A stretch of 63,287 nt of DNA, filler included, from Octopus bimaculoides (lineage: Eukaryota), in the NCBI RefSeq assembly GCF_001194135.2. It is 6 parts of 5 records of this genome, joined end to end, with 100 filler letters (N's around TTAATTAATTAA, not from the genome) between each part and the next. Parts side by side here need not be neighbours in the genome. Positions count along the whole stretch, not along the records: positions 29,034 to 38,296 come from NC_068987.1; positions 38,397 to 48,769 come from NC_068989.1; 4 more parts are not named here. The stretch is one strand, 5' to 3'. The notes under the pieces are model-generated. The model searched no databases. It had not been told where the DNA came from and saw nothing but the letters and a program-made list of their open reading frames with translations. This document shows positions 35,692 through 47,364 of this stretch, in pieces; position 1 is the first letter of the stretch, and each line of letters starts with the position of its first letter. A program made the position numbers and the translations under genes.

Positions 35692-35918
35692 GACACAAGC
35701 GTGGCTGTGTGGTTAAAAGTTTGCTTCCAAACCAATGGTTCCGGGTTCAGTACCACAGGGTGGCANNNNNNNNNNNNNNNNNNNNNNNNNNNNNNNNNNN
35801 NNNNNNNNNNNNNNNNNNNNNNNNNNNNNNNNNNNNNNNNNNNNNNNNNNNNNNNNNNNNNNNNNNNNNNNNNNNNNNNNNNNNNNNNNNNNNNNNNNNN
35901 NNNNNNNNNNNNNNNNNN

Positions 35919-35949
<31 letters not shown>

Positions 35950-35962
35950 ACTCACTAACTCA

Positions 35963-35994
<32 letters not shown>

Positions 35995-36234
35995 TTATCT
36001 ATCAACCACAAAAAGGTGTTTACATGCCCATAACTTAGCGGTTCGATAAACAACGCTGATAGAATAAGTATCAGACTTTAGAAAAAGTACTGGAGTTGAT
36101 TGCTTCGAGAAAAATTCTTCAAAGCGGTGCCCCAGCATGGCCACATTCCAACGATTGAAGCAAGTAAAAGATCATATATATATATATATATATATTTGTA
36201 CGTAAGTACGTACACGTGTGTGTGTGCGAGCGTG

Positions 36235-36265
<31 letters not shown>

Positions 36266-36376
36266 ATGCGTGCGTGTGTGTGCGTGTGAGAGTGTGTGTG
36301 TGTTACATTTATGTATGCACGTGAGAAGATATCTGCGATCTGACAATTCTTTTCTTTTTCTTTTTCTTTTCAAAAG

Positions 36377-36569
36377 TGAAAATTCTTCCGCTTTGGGAAT
36401 TTATATACTCCATTCTACAGAACAACAACTTTAATCCTTTCATAATACGATGGGAAGACGAAGCAAACGGCAAGTTCCGCTTTGTTCATTCAGAGAAATT
36501 TGCCAAACTTTGGGGAGAAGCCAAGAACAATGAAAATATGAATTATGAAAAGCTAAGTCGTGCCATGAG
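36377..36569 (+). CDS. ETS factor exon 5, ETS domain N-terminal part
   Basis: LWEFIYSILQ...IRWED...GKFRFVHSEKFAKLWGEAKNNENMNYEKLSRAMR with all three conserved Trp; acceptor after a polypyrimidine tract (CAAAAG|) and donor AG|GTTAGT (phase 2). Confidence 0.95.
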
Positions 36570-36572
36570 GTT

Positions 36573-37125
36573 AGTATGTATGTATGTATGTATGTATGTA
36601 TGTATGTATGTATGTATGTATGTATGTATGTATGTGTGTGTGTATGTATGTATGTATGTACGTCTGTACGTCTGTACGTACATATGCCTGCATGTATGAA
36701 TGTATGTATGTACGTATGTATGTATTATGTATGTACGTATGTACGTATGTATGTATGTACGTATGTATGTATGTACGTATGTATGTATGTACGTATATAT
36801 GTATGTATGTACGTACGTATGCATTCATGTATGTATGTATGTATGTATGTATGCATGTACGTACGTACGTACGTATGTATGTACGTCTGTCTGTCTGTAT
36901 GTATGTATGTACGTCTGTATGTATGTATGTATGTATGTATGTACGTAGGTATGTACGTACGTATGCATGTATGTATGTACGTACGTATGTACGTCTGTAA
37001 GTATGTATGTACGTACATATGTATGTATGCGTATATGTGTAAGTGTATGAATATATTTGTATGTATACATGAATGTACGTATTTATGTATGTGTGTATTG
37101 AATTATGCATATATACGTATGTCTT
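36573..37125. repeat. Compound (TATG)n/(TACG)n microsatellite in intron 5
   Basis: Direct reading. Confidence 0.92.
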
Positions 37126-37574
37126 GACACCCTTTGTCACGTTTAGTCGACGACTATAATTCTTTATGCTTTAGCATTGCACCTAGGTGTTTTTATTAAT
37201 ATAAATGTGTGTGTGTGTATGTCTGTGTGTCTGTGTATACATTCATATGTATGTCTGTATGTGTATATATGTGAACGCATGCTTGTGTATCTGTGTGTAT
37301 ATATGTATGTATGTTGTATGTATAAACATGCATGTATGTGTGTGTGTATGTATGTATGCATCTTTCATCTTTTCCTCGTTTCACTCATTGGACGGTGGTC
37401 ACACTCGGACACCACTTCCAAGGTTTAGTCGAACATATCGTTCCCACAATTCATTTTTGCGATTCTTCAACAGAAACCGATTGAATAAGTACTGGGACCA
37501 ATTTCTTCGTCTAAGACCACCGAAGGTGGTGCCACAGCATGGCCACTGTAAGACGATAAAAAATATTTAAGTTT

Positions 37575-37900
37575 ACTCTTTGTATTAACCGGACAGGTGT
37601 CCTCCTGCTGATTGGTGTTTTTGCTATATTTTAGCTGTTGAACGCTCCAACCTTCTTCAGGTGTCTTGTGCTGAACTCGGCTGTTGTATCGCAATATACA
37701 ACATCGTAACGAAATGTAGGCAACGGAATGAGAACAGTGTATCCCCGTGGATAAAATAAAGAGTTAGGTTCGAAACGTCGATACAACAACAAAGTCCAAC
37801 ACGGCGCCTGACGAAGGCAGGAGCGCATAACTGCTGAAACGGAGTGAAAGCAAACATCAACATGAGGACATCGGTCCGACATATAGAAACGATATACATA
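37575..37900. repeat. Inverted pair of diverged repeats, each with a degenerate hammerhead-like core
   Basis: Minus copy GACAC-CTGAAGA-AGGTTGG..CAGCT-AAAA (core at 37654-37660) and plus copy GGCGC-CTGACGA-AGGCAG..CTGCT-GAAAC (37808-37840) align with each other over about 110 nt. Confidence 0.55.
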
Positions 37901-38030
37901 AATATTTGTGAATTGTATCACACAAATACCTGTAATCTATTTTCGATAGATACTCGGAATCAAATATTCATGATTACAAACTTAGAAATATTTCTCTCTC
38001 TCTCTCTCTTTTTTTTTTTTTTTGTTATAG

Positions 38031-38190
38031 ACATTATTATGGCAAAGACATTATAGAACGTGTTGAAGGACGCCGGTTGGTTTATCGCTTCTTGAACTCT
38101 GCAATGGACCGATTGCGAAAGAAAACTAACCCGGAGATCCCACTTAGCGAAATGCAGCGAAACGGAAGTACAGGATCCTTGAGTAAATAA
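38031..38190 (+). CDS. ETS factor exon 6, ETS domain C-terminus and stop
   Basis: Acceptor (T)nGTTATAG|, phase 2; reads RHYYGKDIIERVEGRRLVYRFLNS...SLSK* with TAA at 38188-38190. ERVEGRRLVYRF resembles ESE-family ERVDGRRLVYKF. Confidence 0.93.
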
Positions 38191-38296
38191 ATAGCTTCCA
38201 AAATTTGAATTTGTTATCGTTGTTAAACTATAAAATAAAATGGAGATCGTGTGTCTGGATGTCGTCAAGAATACCACATAGAAGAGAATACCACAT

Positions 38297-38396
38297 NNNN
38301 NNNNNNNNNNNNNNNNNNNNNNNNNNNNNNNNNNNNNNNNTTAATTAATTAANNNNNNNNNNNNNNNNNNNNNNNNNNNNNNNNNNNNNNNNNNNN
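38297..38396. other. Artificial scaffold-joining spacer
   Basis: 44N-TTAATTAATTAA-44N. Confidence 0.95.
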
Positions 38397-38790
38397 TATA
38401 AAGATCTTAAAATAGAAATTAGCAAAATGTGGAATCTGAAGACGAAAACAATACCTATTGTCATAGGTGCCCTGGGAATGACAGCGAAACGGGCTGATTA
38501 CTACCTAGATCAGATACCAGGAAACCCCAAAATGGCTGAAGTTCAAAAGATAGTGCTCATGGGAACTGCCCATATCCTACGTAAAATACTGTCTATGTGA
38601 TCTGAAATTTTAAAACAAACACATAATTTTCTTATGGTTTCTTAAACATTCACTAGAACAAGACTGTACAAATCCAAATATATGGTACCCTAGGCATAAC
38701 ACCTACATGAACTTCTAACTTGTTGTCTCTTGAGATCTCTGGGTGAGACTTGGATCCATCTTGTACAAATGCAAAACAAAAGTCAAACAT
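38397..38790 (+). mobile_element. RLE-type (R4/Dong-like) non-LTR retrotransposon 3' end, family 1
   Basis: 67 uninterrupted codons YKDLKIEISKMWNLKTKTIPIVIGALG...VQKIVLMGTAHILRKILSM*, then a 3' UTR ending in (AAT)n. Confidence 0.82.
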
Positions 38791-38821
38791 AATATAATAA
38801 TAATAATAACAACAACAACAA

Positions 38822-39105
<284 letters not shown>

Positions 39106-39119
39106 AATATTAGTAATAG

Positions 39120-39500
39120 CACAGAGTAAAAGATCTAGAAATGTGATATGATGACGAACGCCGTGCATTGGAAAATCTGTAAGAGCAACTTCTTTCTCTT
39201 TCATTATACTTAACAAGTATAATGATTTGAGATACAAGCTTGGGAGACTATAGGAATGTAAAAGTATAGAGATAGCAACTCTTGTCATCAGTGCGTTGTG
39301 TATCAGAAGCAAAAAGTTACAAAAATTCGAGTAGCATATTGATAATATTGATTGTGACATAAACTGCTGTTATGAATCTGTTTTTAGGGACAGCAAGATT
39401 CTTATGAAAATTGATGAATTCATAAGGTCATGCGATGCAACTTGCTATTCAACAATACCTAGAGATACAGACATAGACTAATCTCAACAGAATCTGCACC
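39120..39500 (+). mobile_element. Old RLE-type retrotransposon fragment
   Basis: Remnants AVHWKICK and KYNDLRYKLGRL*ECK..IATLVISAL; follows (AAT)n(AGT)n. Confidence 0.55.
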
Positions 39501-41504
39501 CAGAACGGAAAAAGCCAAAAGAAATGCTAGCATGCATTTGTCTGACTCTCTAAGGGTTCCGTTAACTCAATCTTTGTGATTATGTTAATTATAATAACAG
39601 TACAGATATTCACAGAATTACGAAAAAATAAGAAAGAAACAATTGAGGGACATTATTTTTGGGGAAACTAATATATTGAAAAAGGGCTATGATAATTACA
39701 TTGATTTTTCTTTGAATATTAATGTAATATTGTTTTCGACTTGCGTAGCATTAACATCGTTAATAGTTACATAACTCCTTTGCAAATAGTTCTATCAGAA
39801 TCACGGCAAATAAAGACATTTTAAGCATAAAGGGAGTATCATCAGAGGAATAGATTTAGAAAGAGTGTATCACGAAGCGCTGCACCAGTTTTTTCACTGT
39901 TTATCCAAAACATGCTAAAGAGTTACATAACGTACGTACACTTTACAAATGCATATCTTACATATTTTAAACAAGCCATCATTAACAGACTATGAAGAGT
40001 ATTTTCGTTCATTAACTCAAAATCCTGACGTGTTAGAACGATTCTGAGTGCCGATTTGGAATCAACATCCTCGATTTAGTCTAAATCTAATGCTTTTACC
40101 CAAGTAGCAAAATCTTTGTTGTCCAGTGTTATGTTTACTTTTTATTGATGTTTTCTTAAGACGTTCCACCAGTACTTCTTTTTTATTATGACTGGTTATG
40201 GCTTCTACCATACTGTAGGTTTTTTTTTATTTCTTTGGCCTTGGGGTTATCTTTCTGACGGATCTCAATATACAGTGACCTGGCTACAACATCATGAGTG
40301 AATGTATGTATGTATGAATGTATGTATGTATGTATGTACGTATGTAGGGAGGTTGGTAGGTAGGTGGGTAAGCTGTTTGTTTTTTCAAATTGAGTTCATA
40401 TCATTCCGTATTATAACTCCTTTTTCATTATTATGGACGTTCATTTTGATTTGAAGCTATTTGTCCCTTTACATTTTCTCAACCTGCCTCCAGCTGATGT
40501 TTAATCATTTTGTTTTGGTTAGTGTTTAAAACAGTAGTGAATATTTTCTCTAATAACGATGTTGCACCTTGCAAATATACTGCAAACTATCGTAACCGAA
40601 AATAACACAGAGATAACATATCAAATCAAATTACATAAGGTCACATCGTTAAATTTATACAAAACCAAATATTTTCTACCGATGTAAGGGAAAGTATATT
40701 ACACTTCAAATTTAATAGCGCAACTCACACATTGCTTTCGACGTCTTGGAGGACCTGCTTATCTTTGTGTGTGGGTGTGTGTGTGTGTGTAAGTCGTTTG
40801 TCCCTTTGGAACCTTTTCTACATCGTTTCTGTTTCCCTAGTAACAAATCTCTCTCCACGAGTTATAAATATTCTTTGTAATAACACCTGTTGGCAACTTC
40901 CGTAGCTCTTTTGACACTGTGTACTACGCTGTGGCTATTACGCATTTGAAAGCTTTTCGTTTTTGTTTATATTGTCTATTATATAAAAGAGTTATTTCCT
41001 GTAAAATACATCAATTCTAGGCCCCCCTATATGTATCTGCCTGCTACTGTCATAATTATTCCAAAGTCAACTTTTATTATCAAGATCATTCCTGCTTTAA
41101 ACATCCGCATACTAGTTATCTCTGTTTCCAGATCTTTACATTACGAGAACTTAGCCATTCCGTTTCAGATATATCATCATGTATTTAAATTGATATTTCT
41201 TTTAGGAAGAAAACCTTTTCTTCGAGGTACTTAGCAACAATATCAGGGGAATTCAAGTAAATCTCCTTATCGTTGTTCATTGGAATGTATCAGAATGCAT
41301 TATTTCAGATCGTTCCTTGTGTGTATAATTTATTTCTTGTTACATTTCTTTTGCTTTTTGTGTCCTTGTTTTCTTTATATGTAAGAGCATCCTTTTTCTA
41401 GTTCACAGAATATGGATAGGTCTTTCATTTTTTTCAATTACGTGAGTTATATTCTTATTTCTATCTGTTTACGGCTTTGTAGTTTCACTGGGGTTTTCTT
41501 CTGT

Positions 41505-41830
41505 TATGGTCAAGCCCAATTTCTCTCGACATCAGTAGAGCAACAGAGCAAATTAGATCATTCAGGTTGTCAATATCCATGGAAACCATTGTCATGAGAG
41601 TAAACACTTGCAAGACTCTGGATTCGTTTATTTATTCTTTCATGGAATTGTTTATTCGTTCGTAGTTTGAGAACGTGTTTACTCTGATTCTTCTTTATTG
41701 ATTTTATAATGAACTCTTCCTCCTATTGAGTTGCTTCATTCAAGTCGTCCTTGATATCAGTTAGATCTGCTATGGAATGAATTTTTATTCTGTATGGCGT
41801 TAGATTTGGGTATGATGATGTAATATATAT

Positions 41831-41870
<40 letters not shown>

Positions 41871-41997
41871 TCAAGCCCAATTTCTCTCGACATCAGTAGA
41901 GCAACAGAGCAAATTAGATCATTCAGGTTGTCAATATCCATGGAAACCATTGTCATGAGAGTAAACACTTGCAAGACTCTGGATTCGTTTATTTATT
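41505..41997. repeat. Identical 132-bp direct repeat (41505-41636 and 41866-41997)
   Basis: No mismatches seen by eye; the second copy starts at the end of a (TA)n run. Confidence 0.9.
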
Positions 41998-42030
41998 TTT
42001 TTCTCCGTGTTTTTCTCCTTGTCTCCGTAT

Positions 42031-42067
42031 TCTTTCTGTTGAAGAGCGTAGCTCGAAACGTCAAAGA
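42031..42067 (+). ncRNA. Minimal type I hammerhead-ribozyme-like motif (A6U core variant)
   Basis: TCTTT-CTGTTGA-A-GAGC-GTA-GCTC-GAA-ACGT-C-AAAGA: perfect 5-bp stem I, 4-bp stem II, palindromic stem III and a GUC cleavage triplet. Confidence 0.6.
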
Positions 42068-42327
42068 CTTTCCGTATTCCCGAGCGTCATACTAATANNN
42101 NNNNNNNNNNNNNNNNNNNNNNNNNNNNNNNNNNNNNNNNNNNNNNNNNNNNNNNNNNNNNNNNNNNNNGTGTATGTATGTATGTATGCATGTATGAATA
42201 TTGTACTTGTGGGTAAAATTGTATGGTCTATGGTCACTCTCTCTTTGTAATTCAGTTTTTTTTCTATTCTCTCTGTTTTGCACGTGGCACAATGCGTCAT
42301 TTAACATCGTCATCGTTACAATTATTA

Positions 42328-42378
<51 letters not shown>

Positions 42379-42879
42379 GTAGTAGTAGTAGTATTAAGGC
42401 GGTGCTTTTCAGAATTGTGAGTCGTCTTTGAACAGGTCATTTCATCATTATTTCAAATCCTGCAGGAATGAAATTGGCCCCAGGATTGATAAAATAAAAA
42501 TAACCATCACGCCACAGGCTCTAAGTAACACATCTGTAACATTACAACTAATAAACTCTCTTCGGTCCGAATACCTTTAACTGCCCTAACGTCTTCCATA
42601 CCTATTACCCCCTCTTTTCGGGTTGCTTTTATCTTTTCCCTACCTTTAATTTTAAACCCCTGTCTCTCTATATGCAGGTTATATGTATTTCTTATTATTT
42701 TCTATAAATTCTTGTTTTGTTTTCTTATTTTGATATCCTTAATTATTAACCTCTTATCCCTTATAAATTGGTATTTTTCTTGTTCTAAATAGATTTTTTT
42801 CAGTTACTTAACTCTATGAGAGATATTTATACCATATCCATATAAACGTATAAATACTTGTGTATGTGTATATATGCAA

Positions 42880-42914
<35 letters not shown>

Positions 42915-43548
42915 TATATATATATATATGTGTGTGTGTATGTGTGTGTGTGTGTGTGTGACTCTGTATGTGTGTGTATGTATGTGTGTGTGTATGTGTG
43001 TGTGTATATGTATGCATTTTTACACTTTTCTGATTTATGGCTTAAAATTAATAGATAAAACGTATATCTTTCCAGTTTTTCCATAAGTAAATGCCTTGAG
43101 CAGTCTTTATAGAAGCCACCTAATAACTAATTAATTAATTGCATGAATGAATATTAAATTGTTTGTATGTAATCTTCCTTTTTAATGTTTATAATTGATA
43201 TAATCACACCTTTTACAGATTTTGGTTATGCTATAATTTGTGAAATTTTAAAATTTTATCTTTATACAACGTAACAATATTGTCTATAAAAAAATCACCC
43301 ATAGTGCCCCTAAATAAAATTTCCTCTTAGGCTTCTTAGTGTCTTACTTCCTTTTAACTGGTAATTAACATCATGATTTAACTCTATCCGCACCCTGCCT
43401 CGTTTTATAGACAGTTACTTATATCCAAGTGACTACTCCTAATGTCTTATTTTCTCCCTGGGGAAAAGGGATACATATGATAATATTTATGACCATACCT
43501 AGCCATGAGCTGTCAACTCACTCTTGTCCTGAATTAGAAATGAATTAC

Positions 43549-44060
43549 AATCCCCAAATGGCAGAAATTCAAAAGAGAGTGCTCATGGGAACTGCCCATA
43601 TCCTACGTAAAATACTGACTATGTAATCTCAAATTTTAAAACAAATTCATAATTTTCTTATAGTTTCTTATTTATTGCCCACAAGGGTCTAAACATAGAG
43701 GGAACAAACAAGGATAGACAAAGGGATTAGCTCGATTACATCGACCCCAATGCGTAACTGGTACTTATTTAATCGACCCCGAAAGGATGAAAGGATGAAA
43801 GACTAAGTCGACCTCGGCGGAATTTGAACTCAGAACGTAGCGACAGACGAAATACCCTTAAGCATTTCGCCCGGCGTGCTAACGTTTCTGCCAGCTCACC
43901 GCCTTATTTTCTTATAGTTTCTTAAAATTCTCTAGAACAATACTATGTAAAAACCAAATATATGGAATAACGCCAGTATGAACTTCTTACTTCTTGTCTC
44001 TTGAGGTCTCTGGGTGAGCCTTGGAACCAGCTTGTACAAATGCAAAGCAAAAGTCAAATA
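43549..44060 (+). mobile_element. RLE-type family 1, second 3' end, interrupted by a SINE
   Basis: NPQMAEIQKRVLMGTAHILRKILTM* plus a UTR homologous to 38600-38790; followed by an AAT/GAT-rich tract. Confidence 0.8.
43671..43905 (-). mobile_element. SINE family B, intact copy with 19-bp TSD
   Basis: Head GGCGGTGAGCTGGCAGAA...GAGTTCAAATTCCGCC (A/B-box-like); exact flanking repeat ATTTTCTTATAGTTTCTTA at 43652-43670 and 43906-43924. Confidence 0.92.
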
Positions 44061-44183
44061 TAAATAATAATCATAATCATAATAATAATAATAATGATGA
44101 TGATGATGATGATGAGGATGATGATGATTAGGATGATGATGATGATATGCAACAGGTATGGAGGTAACAGAGCAAAAAACTGC

Positions 44184-44655
44184 TACGAACATAAACCCGA
44201 AGGCATCATCGAAAATAAAAATGCAAAGATCCTATGAGATTTTATGATTCAGTGCGTCAATGAGATAAAGAATAGGAAACCAGATATAGTGTTAATTGAG
44301 AAAGAAAATAAATGGTACCGGATTATAGATATTACATGCCCAGCTGACGACAAGGTATGCGATAATGAAGAAAGAAAAGTCGATAGGACAGGTTAGCTTG
44401 GGAGATTAAGCATTTACGGTCGATGAAAAAGGTGGTAGTAGTAGTACCAATAATTGTCGGAGCCATGGGAACAATGAATAAAAATCTTGAGAACAAATAA
44501 GGGCTGTTATAAGGGTGGAGCACTTGCAAAAAACAGCACTGCTTAGAAACACTCGAATTATCCGGATGGTGCTCGAAAAAAAGGGGTGCTACCTTAGTTC
44601 ACTGGTAGTGAACAGCTGACATTGTAGTACACTGTAGTACATCTCAAGCGTTAAA
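44184..44655 (+). mobile_element. RLE-type retrotransposon fragment, family 2, covering the endonuclease motif
   Basis: YEHKPEGIIENKNAKIL*DFMIQ...RKPDIVLIEK...IIDITCPAD (PD..D-type nuclease motif); followed by (AAC)n(AAT)n. Confidence 0.78.
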
Positions 44656-44686
44656 CAACAACAACAACAACAACAACAAGAACAAC

Positions 44687-44734
<48 letters not shown>

Positions 44735-44796
44735 AAGAAGGAGCACAACAACAACAACAGCAACAACAACAACAAAACAACAACAGCAACAACAGC

Positions 44797-44877
<81 letters not shown>

Positions 44878-44906
44878 TATAATAATAATAATGATGATGA
44901 AAGACT

Positions 44907-45125
44907 ATATCCTACGTAAAATACTGTCTATGTGATCTCAAATTTTAAAGCAAACACATAATTTTCTTATGGTTTCTTAAACATTCACTTGAACAAAACT
45001 GTACAAATCCAAATATATGGTACCCTAGGCATAACACCTACAGGAACTTCTAACTTGTTGTCTCTTGAGGTCTCTGAGTGAGACTTGGATCCAACTTGTA
45101 CAAATGCAAAACAAAAGTCAAACAT
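44907..45125 (+). mobile_element. RLE-type family 1, third 3' end
   Basis: Matches 38575-38790 closely; long (AAT)n on both sides. Confidence 0.82.
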
Positions 45126-45127
45126 AA

Positions 45128-45207
<80 letters not shown>

Positions 45208-47314
45208 TAATAGTAATAATAGTAATATGTACTGCAGCCACAAGGACTGAATTGCTATGGAACGGTCGTAGTGGATTACATCCACCCATTGTCCTGCGGC
45301 TAACGATTCAGGCAGACTCCACCTTGATGATGATGATCATGGTTATGATGCTTGGAAAAGAAATGAATGTCACATGAGAGAATTAGTACACAAATAATTG
45401 GAAACATATAATAACAATTATCTAACCCTTAATAATAGAAAAAAATGATGATAGCATCCCGTTTGTTATTGTTGGAGATGGGATTATTAATAATACATAA
45501 TATGAATTGTATGATCAGTTTTTCTTGTAGTCATGGTGCCTATGTTTTAGATATTTCAGTTTCATTTTGACATTTTGGCATCATGACTGTAACGCGAATT
45601 AATTTGCTCTTATCTGATATTGCCAGTGTTTTGGGGAAAAGTATTTTCAGTTGTGAGACAGGGTGGGCGCTAGCACATATCCAATGGGAAAAGAAAAAGA
45701 AAAAATAGAAACATCCATGCAAAGCTATGTAGATATAAAACCAAGCCAGTGAATCGACTACAAAAATATGTACAAAAATAAAGTGTCTGCCTTTTAATTA
45801 ATCTTTTACAAATGAATTATAAATGACTGTATCATTGACGTTTACAGATGAAATAGACTGTCTGTAATAGAAAATACATGTTACGTTCTGTTATATTTAA
45901 TGTACCAAAAACCATAGACAACACTCTCAAGCGAGTGGTGGCATGGTGTTTTATAACATGCTTTCTTTAACTTCTTTAAGCTCTTTTATTATCCTCACCC
46001 ATTGATCTGACATATCGTGTAAGATGCGAAGTCAGGACGGACAGAGGGTACAACAGCACGAAGTCGGTACACATTTTAGTAGTGTAGAGAAGGCCGTTGT
46101 GAAATGAAGCACATCACTCAACGACACAATTGAGTGGTTGATTGTGGAACCGTACGTGGGGGTGTTGAACATTTCCTGGCTTTGTGTAAAAGAAAATATA
46201 AGGAGAATAAGTTAATTATGATTTTACTCAACATATTCCCCTCTCAGATTAACACAGTTATTGCAGCGGCCCTATGGTTTTTGTAAGCCCTTAAAAGAAC
46301 TCGGAATGTTGGACTGCAAATCAGGCCTTTCGCGATACTCTTAAAACCAAGTAACCTCCAGCAGCCCTGTCTTAAAACGGACTTATGAACGTGATTCTAA
46401 ATACGTATACACTATGCAACGCGTTTTTATTCAACGTTGTAAATGCTTTAACTAAATAATAAAAAAAGAGTTGTTTACGACTGAAACAGATTTGATCATA
46501 GAATTTAGTAATCAGCCCTGATCTTGAGTTATACAACAACTACAACCACTTATGCATTTTTATATTCATGTTGGTTATTATGGCCATATTGCATGTGGAA
46601 TGTTGTTTCATCTGCTTTTCGTTAGTTATTCTATTTTTGAATGCCTTAATTTGTAGGCAGCTCTGTGAGGACATTGTATGGCCGTGTGTTTAAAACGATT
46701 GCTTCGGATCTTCGACGTACTGGATTCAGTATCCCAGTGTGTCATCTTGCGAATGAAATTGAGTAGGCGAAAATAAAAATAAAGTGTACTGGACCAATAG
46801 TTTTAAAAAGGATCTCATCCGGCATTTTGGCATGCTGATTCTTCGAACAGATCACGTTAGGCGTACAGTTATATGTGTATATGCTGTTGAATACTCAGCC
46901 ACCTACACATTAATTTAGCTAAATCCTCATCGTAGAATGACATAGATCCACAATCACTACTACAAACACTAGGTTACAGTATTGGTTGCAATTTTGAGTT
47001 GTGATGTACTTTAAGACTATGTATACCATATGTGTAGGTGCTATTTTCCTCATTCTTAATCATATTAGCGTGGTATCTTTATACCATATTTTTATTCTAC
47101 ATAGAATCCAGTGACTCCTACTCTCAAATATATTCAACAATTTGTAGTCTTATCACCCATAATCTTCTCAAGACGTTCGTTATTGGCATAACGGAATATG
47201 TAGGTATTGACAGCTACACGCTCACATACTGGCAAGCAGACAGCGAGACGGATACACAGACAATCAGATAGACACACATCCACACACAGAGACACACATC
47301 CACACACAGACACA

Positions 47315-47364
<50 letters not shown>

